A stretch of DNA of 62,863 nt from Alphaproteobacteria bacterium (GCA_013288985.1 JABDAT010000004.1:1-62863); one strand, 5' to 3'. Shown: positions 41,514 to 50,846, numbered from the stretch's first letter. Notes: generated from the letters alone by a model not told the origin. Numbers and translations are program-made.

Positions 41514-41595
41514 TAACCGCCGCAGGCCTGTTTTTATTCCCATGCTAGAGATATTATTAAATCCGGGAATAAAAGAGGGTGAATGGTAGTTTTAT
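41514..41595. promoter_or_regulatory. Back-to-back ECF-type promoters, pair 2 (PKS and sigma autoregulation)
   Basis: Minus-strand GGGAATAAAAA (41541 leftward)..GGTTAT; plus-strand GGGAATAAAA at 41565..GTTTTAT. Confidence 0.65.
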
Positions 41596-41609
41596 TATTA
41601 AGGCGATGA

Positions 41610-42140
41610 ATGAATCATAGAGCCGATGTAAAACGTTTTGAGGAGCTGTTTGCCCCACATATGAACGCAGCCTATAATCTTGCGCGCTGGCTCACTGGCA
41701 ATGAGAGCGCAGCGCATGATGTTGTTCAAGAGAGTGCCTTAAGAGCTTTTAAATTTATGCATCGCTTTGCTGGCGGAAATGCACGTGCCTGGCTGCTCGC
41801 CATTACTCGCAACCAGAGCTATACGTGGCTTAAGCAGGCGGCGGGCAACAAATGGGTTAGTATTGGCGACGAAATGCCTGAGGATGATCTGGCGCTGGGC
41901 CATACGGAAACGCCGGAGCTTTCGGCGATACGCAGTCAGGATACGGCATTGGTGCGGCAAGCGCTTGCGGCGCTGCCACCGCAATTTCGTGAGGTCATTG
42001 TGCTGAAGGAGCTGGAGGGTATGGCCTACAAGGATATTGCGACGGTGGCGGATATTCCGGTCGGCACGGTCATGTCCCGTTTAGCACGCGGGCGGACAAT
42101 GCTGAAAACAGAGTTACTGAAGTTATACGCTCATGAATGA
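41610..42140 (+). CDS. ECF RNA polymerase sigma factor
   Basis: AYNLARWL, DVVQE, RAWLLAITRN, PVGTVMSRLARGR. Confidence 0.93.
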   Translation: MNHRADVKRFEELFAPHMNAAYNLARWLTGNESAAHDVVQESALRAFKFMHRFAGGNARAWLLAITRNQSYTWLKQAAGNKWVSIGDEMPEDDLALGHTETPELSAIRSQDTALVRQALAALPPQFREVIVLKELEGMAYKDIATVADIPVGTVMSRLARGRTMLKTELLKLYAHE

Positions 42141-42900
42141 AATGAATTGCAATAATTGCCAACGCTGGCTGCATGGGTATCTGGACAATGAACTGGATAC
42201 GGCGACCGCTACGCTTGTTGCGGCGCACCTGGAAGCTTGCCTCAAATGCAAACACCAATATGAAGAAATGAAAACGCTGATAGCTGACGTAAAAGAGCAT
42301 GTGCCTTATTACGAGGCACCCGCTTCGCTCACCAGAAATGTGTTCTCTGCCATCCAGGCGCAGGCTTCCCCTGCAGCCAGCATATGGCAAACGATACAGG
42401 ATAGATCACGGAATTGGTTTGTGCCAGCTTTCTCTATGGCAGTGCTTGCTGCTTCGGTGCTTCTTTATATTGCTGTACCAACAAACCAGAATCTTTGGGT
42501 GGATGAAGCGGTATCGGAGCATGTGCGCTCGCTGATGGCGGAGCATTTGAACGACGTGGCTTCCTCCGACAAGCATACAGTCAAGCCGTGGTTTACAGGT
42601 AAGCTCGACTTTTCCCCCCCGGTGTATGATTTCACAGCGCAGGGCTATCCCCTGCTTGGCGGACGGTTGGATTATCTGCAGCATCAGACCGTCGCGGCGC
42701 TCATCTATCGGTATAACAAGCATATCATTAATGTGTTCATCATGCCTACAGGCGAGGCTGACAGCTCACCGGCAAGCCTGTCTGCGCGCGGTTATAATAT
42801 CGTCTGCTGGCAGCAGAATCATATGCGTTTTATTGCAGTATCCGATCTGAATAGGGGTGAGCTAATGACTTTCAGTCAGCTTGTACAGAAAGGGATGTGA
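42133..42900 (+). CDS. Transmembrane zinc-finger anti-sigma factor
   Basis: HLEACLKC, TM segment, SSDKHTVKPWF, LLGGRLDYL. Confidence 0.92.
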   Translation: MNEMNCNNCQRWLHGYLDNELDTATATLVAAHLEACLKCKHQYEEMKTLIADVKEHVPYYEAPASLTRNVFSAIQAQASPAASIWQTIQDRSRNWFVPAFSMAVLAASVLLYIAVPTNQNLWVDEAVSEHVRSLMAEHLNDVASSDKHTVKPWFTGKLDFSPPVYDFTAQGYPLLGGRLDYLQHQTVAALIYRYNKHIINVFIMPTGEADSSPASLSARGYNIVCWQQNHMRFIAVSDLNRGELMTFSQLVQKGM

Positions 42901-42939
42901 TATTAAACGCAGCATGCCGGGAAGTGCATTATATCGCGG

Positions 42940-43821
42940 CTAGCTTACCGGAAGCCTTTCCAGTATAAGGCGGGTCATTGCTTCAATGCAGGACTTTCTG
43001 GTAGTGGTTTTGCGCCATACAAGGCCGATAGTACGGGAAATAGCAGGCTTTGCGAACGGAATATAGGCGATGCCATCTTTCTTTCTCATAGCCAATTTGG
43101 GAATCAAAGTAATGCCCACACCTGAAGCCACCATCTGGCGCAAGGTTTCAAGGCTGGTAGCTCGAAAATCTTGCTGTTCAAACCCTCCCATCAGGCTGCA
43201 TACCTCTAGCGCCTGATTGCGAAGACAATGGCCTTCCTCAAGAAGCAGCAATCGCTCTCCTTTGAGATCATTTTGATTGACGTGCTTGTGCTTTGCAAGG
43301 GGATGGCTGAGTGGTACCGCCAGAAGAAACGGATCGTCAAATAGAGCGGCGCTGCCAAATCCTTCTTCTTCAATGGGTAAAGCCACCAGGGCAGCATCGA
43401 GAGTCCCGGCCTTAAGTTTATCCAGCAACTGCTCGGTCTTTTCCTCAACCAATAATAATTTCAGCTTAGGAAGTTTCCTGGCAATTGCAGGGAGTACCTG
43501 CGGCAAAAAATAAGGGGCCAATGTAGGGAAAGCTCCTAAACGGAATTCTCCTGCATAGGGATCCTGTGCTGTTTTGGCGATATCCCGAATTTCCTGAGTA
43601 TCGCGCAAAACCTGTCGTGCGCGTTCAGCGATCTTCTCTCCGGTTGGCGTGATCATTACCCGTTTATTGGTGCGCTCGAATAGTTGTACTCCAAGATATT
43701 CCTCCATTTTCTTTAACTGCATGGAAAGTGTCGGCTGGCTTACATGGCATTGCTCTGCTGCTTTGCCAAAGTGCTGCTGGTCTGCCACTGCCACCAGATA
43801 CTGTAAATCCCTGAGATTCAT
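42940..43821 (-). CDS. oxyR: Peroxide-responsive LysR regulator OxyR
   Basis: MNLRDLQYL, LEEGHCLRNQALEVC, ATSLETLRQMV. Confidence 0.94.
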   Translation of the reverse strand: MNLRDLQYLVAVADQQHFGKAAEQCHVSQPTLSMQLKKMEEYLGVQLFERTNKRVMITPTGEKIAERARQVLRDTQEIRDIAKTAQDPYAGEFRLGAFPTLAPYFLPQVLPAIARKLPKLKLLLVEEKTEQLLDKLKAGTLDAALVALPIEEEGFGSAALFDDPFLLAVPLSHPLAKHKHVNQNDLKGERLLLLEEGHCLRNQALEVCSLMGGFEQQDFRATSLETLRQMVASGVGITLIPKLAMRKKDGIAYIPFAKPAISRTIGLVWRKTTTRKSCIEAMTRLILERLPVS

Positions 43822-43833
43822 GAACCCCTTATA

Positions 43834-43870
43834 ATAGTTTCTATCTATCGTTATAATATAATAATTAGAT
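43834..43870. promoter_or_regulatory. OxyR-binding site
   Basis: ATAG-N7-CTAT at 43834-48 with a degenerate second half, between divergent oxyR and ahpC. Confidence 0.55.
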
Positions 43871-43932
43871 TATACTTATCATAGAGGATTAGATAAGGTC
43901 AATATCACGAACACAAAAGTGATGGAGGTCAC

Positions 43933-44082
43933 ATGAGCAGCAATAACCCGGAATTCATCAAATGTGCCATGGAAGCCATAGAAGAAGGCATCAGGGCAGA
44001 AGAGATTAAAGAGGAATGCGCCTGCCGCATGGGGCTGCAATCACGTGAGTTCGACGAAGAAACCAACAACCAGCAATCATAA
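43933..44082 (+). CDS. 49-aa acidic Cys-containing peptide upstream of ahpC (not in the ORF track)
   Basis: GGAGG RBS; MSSNNPEFIKCAMEAIEEGIRAEEIKEECACRMGLQSREFDEETNNQQS; its stop overlaps the ahpC RBS. Confidence 0.6.
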   Translation: MSSNNPEFIKCAMEAIEEGIRAEEIKEECACRMGLQSREFDEETNNQQS

Positions 44083-44094
44083 GGAGAATCTATC

Positions 44095-44685
44095 ATGTTA
44101 GGCGTAGGCGATAAACTTCCGGTATTCAATGTCAAGGCGACGGCTTCACTGCCGCTTAAAGACATCACCATCGATAACGTCTTTATCGATGTGAACAACC
44201 AGAGTTACAAAGGCAAGTGGTTGGTGCTGTTCTTCTACCCGAAAGACTTCACATTCGTCTGCCCAACTGAGATAGCGGCGTTTGGCGAGCTGAATGAAGA
44301 ATTTAAGGATCGTGAAACCCAAGTGCTTGGTGGCAGTACGGACAGTGAATTTGTGCACTGGGCATGGCGTAAACACCAGGAGGAGTTGCGCGATCTCCCA
44401 TTTCCTCTCTTGGCAGACGTGAAGCGCGAACTGACTACGGCGCTTGGCATTCTCGATAAAAACGAGGGTGTGGCACAGCGCGCGACTTACATCGTGGACC
44501 CCGATGGCGTTATCCGCTTTGCCATGGTGACTGACCTCAATGTGGGGCGCAATCCGAAAGAGGTGCTTCGTGTACTGGACGCGCTACAGACCGATGAACT
44601 CTGCCCCTGCAACTGGAAAAAGGGCGACGAGACTATCGATCTGAAAGAGGTAACATCCGACAAACTGGGCAAGAAAGCAGCATAA
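44095..44685 (+). CDS. ahpC: Peroxiredoxin AhpC
   Basis: FYPKDFTFVCPTE, ELCPCNW. Confidence 0.96.
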   Translation: MLGVGDKLPVFNVKATASLPLKDITIDNVFIDVNNQSYKGKWLVLFFYPKDFTFVCPTEIAAFGELNEEFKDRETQVLGGSTDSEFVHWAWRKHQEELRDLPFPLLADVKRELTTALGILDKNEGVAQRATYIVDPDGVIRFAMVTDLNVGRNPKEVLRVLDALQTDELCPCNWKKGDETIDLKEVTSDKLGKKAA

Positions 44686-44742
44686 CTAATAGTGGGGAGG
44701 CAATGCCTCCCCGCTTCCCAAATAGAACTTATGGAGAATAAG

Positions 44743-45306
44743 ATGAATATGCAGCAACTAAAATCACAACTTGGGGAATACGCTAAAGATACTAAATTAA
44801 ATCTGGGCAGCGTCCTGACAGAAGAAGGCGCACCGGACCTGCGACAGAACCAGATTTACGGCATTGCGCTGGCATCGGCATATGCCACGAAGAATGCTGC
44901 CGTGGTGCAGGCGGTACTGAGCGATGCAGCGTCCGCGCTGTCGGAAGCAGAAGTCAATGCAGCCAAGAGTGCTGCCACTATTATGGCGATGAATAATATC
45001 TATTACCGTTTTGTACATCTGGTGAGCGATAAGGAATTCGGAAAAATGCCTGCCAAATTGCGCATGAATGTGATTGGCAGCCCTGGCATTGAAAAAGTCG
45101 ATTTTGAGCTTTATTCCCTTGCCGTATCTGCCATCAATGGTTGTGGCATGTGCATGGATGCCCATGTGCATGAAGTCACCAAGGCAGGCACCAGCAAAAC
45201 CGGCGTGCAATCCTGCATTCGTATTGCTTCGGTTATCAATGCCGCATCCCAGGCAACAGTCATTGGCAGTATGGAGAGTACTGAGAGACAACAAATAGTA
45301 GCTTAA
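44743..45306 (+). CDS. ahpD: Alkyl hydroperoxide reductase AhpD
   Basis: MAMNNIYYRF, SAINGCGMCMDAH. Confidence 0.94.
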   Translation: MNMQQLKSQLGEYAKDTKLNLGSVLTEEGAPDLRQNQIYGIALASAYATKNAAVVQAVLSDAASALSEAEVNAAKSAATIMAMNNIYYRFVHLVSDKEFGKMPAKLRMNVIGSPGIEKVDFELYSLAVSAINGCGMCMDAHVHEVTKAGTSKTGVQSCIRIASVINAASQATVIGSMESTERQQIVA

Positions 45307-45406
45307 GCAATAATATCAGCCGGTACTTGCTGCAGAGTCGCGGTATTATTGACATTCGTTTCCAAAAACTTATGGGGAGTAGTTTTACTAATCTCTCTGC
45401 TCTCTG

Positions 45407-45623
45407 ATAATCCCTTGCTTTGCGATTTAGAATCCTTGATATGCTAAAAATATTCCCTGTTACTTGGAGCAGGGAATTCTTATGTAACTCACTGGGATCG
45501 GCCATCATATCGATGACATAATTATCTATTCTTGCACCAGAAATGTAATATTCCCTGTATTTTCCCTGATAAGCAGGGATTTGACATGAGAGACTGGTTC
45601 ACAGCAGACTCTATGCTGCACTA
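45407..45623 (+). repeat. Conserved module right end, copy 2
   Basis: Co-linear with 36146-36359; ends GAGACTGGTTCACAGCAGACTCTATGCTGCACTA. Confidence 0.88.
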
Positions 45624-45852
45624 TATCTTTGTATTTTAATTTTATGGACGCGCTGTGAGCGTCGCAAGCGGATGTGCAAAATATTGTTCATCAAGAATTT
45701 TTATTATCCCTGGATAGCTAAGTCCCTTAGAATAATTGCGCACTTGTTTTCCATCTTTCCAGTTAATCGAGTATCTTACTATAAATAATACCACCTGTCC
45801 CGGCAATCATAGATCGCCGGGTCAAGCAGACATTCGTGTTTAGAGTGTAGGC

Positions 45853-46107
45853 TTAGCTGGCTTTGGCTGTGGGAGCAGCGGCTTTATCTTTAGTGCAGGT
45901 TGCAGCGCATTCAGCATCCAGTTTCTTCACTGTTTTTGCAATTTCATCCTTGTCGATGCTGTATTTCGCTTTTACAGCTTCGTTGAACTTATCCGGATTG
46001 GTTGTCTGGAAGGCAAGTTCAGCTGGTGTCAGCTTATTCCAGGTTTCTGCAATCTTAGCGCTTAATTTCTGAGCGTGGGTACTGCTGTTTGCGGGTTGAT
46101 TATCCAT
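45853..46107 (-). CDS. CsbD-like small stress protein, copy 2
   Basis: Paralog of 35087-35338, sharing the C-terminus CTKDKAAAPTAKAS. Confidence 0.72.
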   Translation of the reverse strand: MDNQPANSSTHAQKLSAKIAETWNKLTPAELAFQTTNPDKFNEAVKAKYSIDKDEIAKTVKKLDAECAATCTKDKAAAPTAKAS

Positions 46108-46243
46108 AACGTATCTCCTTTAAGGAAGTTCTGCATAATCTAGGACGAAAGGCAAAAGCCTGTCGCTGCCATGCGAGAGAAAATATGAGCTTCTGCTCAT
46201 CTTTTCTCTATGTGGTTTATGATAAGAAAAGTGGCTAATTTAT

Positions 46244-46257
46244 TTGATGTAGGTCAA
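46244..46257. promoter_or_regulatory. FNR/FixK box
   Basis: TTGAT-GTAG-GTCAA, at the position equivalent to 35477. Confidence 0.7.
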
Positions 46258-46314
46258 AGTATAGCTTCCCACTAGTGCTATGGATAGAAATGGGTTTTTC
46301 AGGGATAAGTAAAT

Positions 46315-46701
46315 ATGAAATCGGCAAAAGAAATTAAAGATGCACAGGAGTATGAAAAAATATTTCAGCAATATTTAGAAATATGCAACCGGGCTATTGA
46401 GCAGAACAAAAAGAAATTCCCTTATACCGAAATCTGGGGTGCCAGATTTAACGCCTTGAAAGAAGAAGCAACACTTCAGGCTATTGTTTATGATGACCGA
46501 CCTAAGGTAGCATTTACGCTCAGGCTCACCAAAGACATGAAAATTGAAATTGTGGAAAAGAAGCCACTTCCGGCTGAAGACGAATGGCCTTTTACCTATC
46601 AATATTTGAAGCGCGTAGTGGATAATCCCAAAGAATACATCGAAAATCCAGCAAAGCTTGAATGGGGATGGCTGAAAGAAGTGTTTGGCTCAAAAGTTTA
46701 A
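46315..46701 (+). CDS. Hypothetical protein
   Basis: 128 aa with RBS; C-terminal YLKRVVDNPKEYIENPAKLEWGWL. Confidence 0.7.
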   Translation: MKSAKEIKDAQEYEKIFQQYLEICNRAIEQNKKKFPYTEIWGARFNALKEEATLQAIVYDDRPKVAFTLRLTKDMKIEIVEKKPLPAEDEWPFTYQYLKRVVDNPKEYIENPAKLEWGWLKEVFGSKV

Positions 46702-46740
46702 ATCCTATGCCGATGAAAAATAGCAGCTTCGGAAAGGAAG

Positions 46741-47988
46741 ATGTTTATGGTAAAAAGCCCGAAGGTTCAACTCGCAAAACCGGTTTTGGTATCGCACCAA
46801 CCCAAAAAAGAGCGTTCCGAAACTTCATCCGAAGATGATAAAATAAGGCTGGCTGATTTTATTCATGAAAATACGAACCATATAGTTCAAGAATGGGAAG
46901 CGTTTGCAAGGACACTGAAAGCTACCAATAATCATATGACACCACTTGCATTAAGGGATCATATCTATGAGTTGCTCGCTTTCATAGTCAGTGACATACA
47001 ATCACCGCAAACCCGCCAGGAACAGATTCAAAAATCGCAGGGGGAAAAAGCAAGAACCTCCACACCCACAGCAGCTGAAACCCACGCGGCTTTGCGGTTA
47101 GCGGGTGGTTTTGATATTGACCAGATGGTTTCGGAATACCGCGCACTGCGTGCCAGCGTTATCAAATTGTGGAGTAAGGCCAATCCTATTATGAATAGTA
47201 CCGATATATTAGACCTTACCAGATTCAATGAGTCTGTTGATCAGGAACTGGCAGAATCGGTCAGCCATTACACAGAAAAAGTCAATTATTCCAAAGACCT
47301 TTTTATGGGTATATTAAGCCATGATCTTGCCACACCGCTTAATGTGATAGCGATGTCTGCTCAGCTTATGCTGAATATCGGAGCATTGAATAAGCAACAG
47401 ATGCTTGATAACCGACAGACGATGCTCGTTACACAGATTCGTGAAAGCACATCCCGTATTACCAAAATTATTACCGATCTCCTTGATGTAACCCGTGCGC
47501 GATTCGGAGCCGGACTCCCCGTTGTTCTTGCCCCCATGGATATGGGGTTAGTGGCTCAGCAATTGGTGGACGAAATGCGTGTTGCTCATCCCACACGTAC
47601 AATCCTGCTTGAAGTTCTGGGAGATACAAAAGGAGATTGGGATAAAGCTCGTATCGGACAGGTCTTCTCAAATCTGATCGGCAATGCTGTCCAATATAGT
47701 TTTAAGGATTCACCTATTGATGTTGCCGTAAAAGACAACGCAGAAGAAGTAGTATTATCCGTACATAATCAAGGTATTCCTGTTCCTGCAGAAAAACTCA
47801 AAACTATATTCGATGCCTTATCCCGTGCCAGTATAGATCAAGGGGATCATCCAGTAGCAGTTAATCTAGGGTTAGGTCTTTATATTACCAATGATATTGT
47901 AGTTTCCCATGGCGGCACTATTGATGTAACATCATCTGAGAAAGATGGCACCACCTTTACTGCAAAATTTCCGCGAGTAGTATCATGA
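46741..47988 (+). CDS. Soluble histidine kinase with an RsbRD-N-like input domain
   Basis: RLADFI..EWEAFAR..EYRALRASV; LSHDLATPL H-box; NLIGNAVQY; LGLGL. Confidence 0.9.
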   Translation: MFMVKSPKVQLAKPVLVSHQPKKERSETSSEDDKIRLADFIHENTNHIVQEWEAFARTLKATNNHMTPLALRDHIYELLAFIVSDIQSPQTRQEQIQKSQGEKARTSTPTAAETHAALRLAGGFDIDQMVSEYRALRASVIKLWSKANPIMNSTDILDLTRFNESVDQELAESVSHYTEKVNYSKDLFMGILSHDLATPLNVIAMSAQLMLNIGALNKQQMLDNRQTMLVTQIRESTSRITKIITDLLDVTRARFGAGLPVVLAPMDMGLVAQQLVDEMRVAHPTRTILLEVLGDTKGDWDKARIGQVFSNLIGNAVQYSFKDSPIDVAVKDNAEEVVLSVHNQGIPVPAEKLKTIFDALSRASIDQGDHPVAVNLGLGLYITNDIVVSHGGTIDVTSSEKDGTTFTAKFPRVVS

Positions 47989-48416
47989 GTGTAACTCAGC
48001 TTGCCACAGCACCCGATGAAGAATTAGCAGTAGAAAACTTGCCTAGCTATCGTGTGCTTGTGGTAGACGATAATGAAGCTTCTGCCAGAACTATATTGTG
48101 GACAATGGAAATGCTGGGGCATACGGCACAAATGGCTCATGACGGTGAAACTGCTATTGCGCTCGCCAAGTCATTTCATCCTGATGTTGTCTTCCTGGAT
48201 ATTGGAATACCATTAATGAATGGCTATGAAATATGCGAGGCTATGCGCCTTGAGCCCACTCTTCAGAATACAGTTTTTATAGCCCAGACCGGATGGGGGC
48301 AAAAGGAACATCGGGAACGCTCAAAGGAAGCGGGGTTTGACCATCATTTAGTGAAGCCATTAAATATTGAAGTGCTTCAAAACATTCTTTCTCTATTGGA
48401 TAAAGAAAGGCTTTAA
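47985..48416 (+). CDS. Single-domain response regulator
   Basis: LVVDDN, FLDIGIP, QTGWG, FDHHLVKP. Confidence 0.92.
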   Translation: MSVTQLATAPDEELAVENLPSYRVLVVDDNEASARTILWTMEMLGHTAQMAHDGETAIALAKSFHPDVVFLDIGIPLMNGYEICEAMRLEPTLQNTVFIAQTGWGQKEHRERSKEAGFDHHLVKPLNIEVLQNILSLLDKERL

Positions 48417-48468
48417 ATTAATTCTATAATAATAACTCATAGGAGTTATTATTATAGAATTAATTTAA
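48413..48468. terminator. Perfect 26-bp inverted repeat between convergent genes
   Basis: TTAAATTAATTCTATAATAATAACTC-ATAG-GAGTTATTATTATAGAATTAATTTAA. Confidence 0.8.
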
Positions 48469-49214
48469 CAAATCTTTGGCAAATGAGAATGTGAATAACA
48501 TCCATTCACAAATTTGAGCAATCGTTCCATGGAATCGATCGTAACACGTGTCCCGATAATCTGGATGCCGGTCTCTTCTCTTAATATATTAAGAGCGCGG
48601 GAAAAGGTTGCTCCTTTCATGCCGAGCGTAGATGCAATAAGCGTCTTATCGTAAGGAAGGTTAAGTATAGCACCGTCTTTTTGATCCAGCACCGGGCAGA
48701 GCCCGAGCAGGAAACATCCGATACGCTGAGGGGCACTATAGAGAAGATATTGTTCCAATTGCAATTCATGGCGGCGTTGATACTGCACCATGGAAGTCAG
48801 CATGTTGAAGGCAAGCTGATTATTCACACGCAGTTGCTCTTTAAGTAAGGAAAGAGGCACATTGAGTATCTGTGAATCTTCCACCACTTGCGCACTGCTC
48901 GTAAAGCGCCCCTCTTCAAAAATTGCATTTTCGCCTGTAACGCTATCTCTTGTAAGCATAGCCAGACTTACTTCTTCACCTTCTTCTGTGGTATGGAACA
49001 ACTTCAGCCACCCATTGCAGATGATATAAAAGGAATTCGCCTTCTCGCCTTCGAGATAAAGAAGCTTACCTTTTTTGTAACTTTTAATTTGGGCCGCATC
49101 GGTGAAACGCGCAATATCCTCATCCGGCATATGGCTAAACAGCGTAAGGCTCTTAAAGAATGCAAGCGATTTACATTGTTTTGAACCTGCCTCTTGTTCT
49201 TTGCTTGCCTTCAT
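48465..49214 (-). CDS. Crp/Fnr family regulator (Dnr/NnrR/FixK-like)
   Basis: cNMP beta-roll (GWLKLF, VTGE), SAPQRIGCFLL, LPYDKTLIASTLGMKGATFSRAL HTH. Confidence 0.9.
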   Translation of the reverse strand: MKASKEQEAGSKQCKSLAFFKSLTLFSHMPDEDIARFTDAAQIKSYKKGKLLYLEGEKANSFYIICNGWLKLFHTTEEGEEVSLAMLTRDSVTGENAIFEEGRFTSSAQVVEDSQILNVPLSLLKEQLRVNNQLAFNMLTSMVQYQRRHELQLEQYLLYSAPQRIGCFLLGLCPVLDQKDGAILNLPYDKTLIASTLGMKGATFSRALNILREETGIQIIGTRVTIDSMERLLKFVNGCYSHSHLPKIC

Positions 49215-49273
49215 AAGCAGGTACGCCTTTGGTAAAATTACCCGACACTGTACAACATCTTTACACCAATTCT

Positions 49274-49325
49274 TTGATATAAGTCAAAAATGCAAATTTC
49301 CTTATGCTCCCTTGATGTTGGTCAA
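49274..49325. promoter_or_regulatory. Two FNR/FixK boxes in a divergent promoter
   Basis: TTGAT-ATAA-GTCAA (49274-87) and TTGAT-GTTG-GTCAA (49312-25). Confidence 0.72.
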
Positions 49326-49415
49326 ATACACATTATTGAAAATTATTATTACTTACTGCCCAGTCATTCTTCCACAGAGAAGAAACCTCATAATCAAACC
49401 AAACAGGAGATTATT

Positions 49416-50198
49416 ATGCATTCCATCAATCAGATCAAAGATGTTCCGGGTTTTCTTCCTGCGACATCTCGCTCCAAATTTGAAGATGCGGACTATCTTG
49501 CTATATTATGCCATGAAATCCGCACACCCCTTGGTGCCATTGTTGGCCTTGCCGATATTCTTGCCAGCACAAAATGCAGCCCCAAGCAGCAAACCGAATG
49601 TGCGGACATGCTGCATGACAGCTCTAAAATGCTGATGGGATTGCTCAATGATTTACTGGATTCCTTTAAGTTGGATAATGGCAAAGTAGAATTGGAACAT
49701 ACCACTTTTGATCTGGCTCAGGTGCTGGAAGAGGCTAAAAATATTGCGATGGTCAAGGCAAGAGAAAAAGGCTTAAGCATATATACGCGCATCGGAAAAC
49801 CAGCTTCTGCCTTGTTTATGGGCGATCCACTTCGTATTCGCCAGATTATTCTAAACCTGCTTGGAAATGCCGTAAAATTTACCGCTAAGGGAATTATTTC
49901 TCTTTATATGACTGAAGAAGTGAATTCACATGGACAGTCTGAAGTATGTATCACGGTTGCAGATTCGGGTATCGGTATTGAAAAAGAGAAGCTTGGAAAG
50001 ATTTTTGACAAATATACCCAAGGCGATGCCAGCACTACCAGACAATATGGTGGGACAGGCCTGGGGCTGTTTATCAGCCAGGAACTTGCACATTTAATGA
50101 AGGGTACCATTACCGTAAAAAGCTGGCCACAAATGGGCTCGCATTTCATCGTAACTTTGCCGCTGCAAAAAGCTCCAGCGCTGCTGGCTATCGTGTAA
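49416..50198 (+). CDS. Sensor-less histidine kinase (HisKA + HATPase only)
   Basis: AGGAGA RBS before ATG 49416; CHEIRTPL, NLLGNAVKFT, DSGIGI, GGTGLGL. Confidence 0.87.
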   Translation: MHSINQIKDVPGFLPATSRSKFEDADYLAILCHEIRTPLGAIVGLADILASTKCSPKQQTECADMLHDSSKMLMGLLNDLLDSFKLDNGKVELEHTTFDLAQVLEEAKNIAMVKAREKGLSIYTRIGKPASALFMGDPLRIRQIILNLLGNAVKFTAKGIISLYMTEEVNSHGQSEVCITVADSGIGIEKEKLGKIFDKYTQGDASTTRQYGGTGLGLFISQELAHLMKGTITVKSWPQMGSHFIVTLPLQKAPALLAIV

Positions 50199-50271
50199 TA
50201 ATCCCTATGGCCTGCTTATAAGCATTCCTGCATACTTATTATGAACCGCCTACCATAAGGAGATTAATATT

Positions 50272-50460
50272 ATGGCCAGTAAAAAAGAAATTCATCCGCA
50301 TAGAGGCGGAGAACAAATGAGTTCTGAAATGGCTGATTTTTTATCCGAAAAACAAGCTGCTTATCAGAAATCCGAGCAACAACATTTTCCTGTCGAAGAT
50401 AAAAGGGGAACTGCGCGCAAAGTGCACACAAATGGCTCAACCCCTCGTAAAGATATTTAA
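50272..50460 (+). CDS. Small hydrophilic hypothetical protein
   Basis: AGGAGA RBS; 62 aa. Confidence 0.55.
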   Translation: MASKKEIHPHRGGEQMSSEMADFLSEKQAAYQKSEQQHFPVEDKRGTARKVHTNGSTPRKDI

Positions 50461-50472
50461 ATGGGGATTTCT

Positions 50473-50631
50473 ATGTCTGAGCATAAAGAGAAACATAAGT
50501 ATAAACATCACAGTGATGTTGCCAAAATTAAAGAGCTAAATGCAATAGAAGCAGAAATTGCCGCAACACAAAGTCACAGCCAGGATGCTGATAGGCATCG
50601 CAAGACGGAGCATCAGAAATCAGATAAGTAA
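50473..50631 (+). CDS. Small His/Lys-rich hypothetical protein (not in the ORF track)
   Basis: MSEHKEKHKYKHHSDVAK...; GGGGA RBS. Confidence 0.45.
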   Translation: MSEHKEKHKYKHHSDVAKIKELNAIEAEIAATQSHSQDADRHRKTEHQKSDK

Positions 50632-50659
50632 TATCATGGCGATAAAGGATCAAGCGCAC

Positions 50660-50734
50660 TATTCCCTGTATCTGCGCTGATAAACAGTGAATTAATGATA
50701 GAGACTTGGTTCGCTACAGACTCCACCCGCACCG
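50660..50734 (+). repeat. Conserved module right end, copy 3 (partial, degenerate)
   Basis: TATTCCCTGTATCTGCGCTGATAAACAGTGAATT..GAGACTTGGTTCGCTACAGACTCCACCCGCACCG. Confidence 0.8.
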
Positions 50735-50846
50735 TTTCTCATTTATATATAAATTATATTCCGCCAATAGATCCCTCATTGATTCATGATGTTGCCTCTA
50801 CCAGTATCGTGGATACCTAATTTGGGCCACAACAGGAGAAATACTA

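Larger units (their letters stand above)
36360..45623. mobile_element. Cargo module 2 (azoreductase, ECF/copper/PKS, oxyR-ahpCD)
   Basis: Bounded by the conserved left end (36360-36414) and right end (45407-45623). Confidence 0.7.
45624..50734. mobile_element. Cargo module 3 (CsbD-like, two kinases, receiver, Crp/Fnr regulator)
   Basis: Degenerate left motif CGCTGTGAGCG at about 45651; partial right end 50660-50734. Confidence 0.55.

Noticed and set aside
49290-49415. Longer start for the histidine kinase
   Set aside because: It overlaps an FNR box, and a clear AGGAGA RBS precedes ATG 49416.
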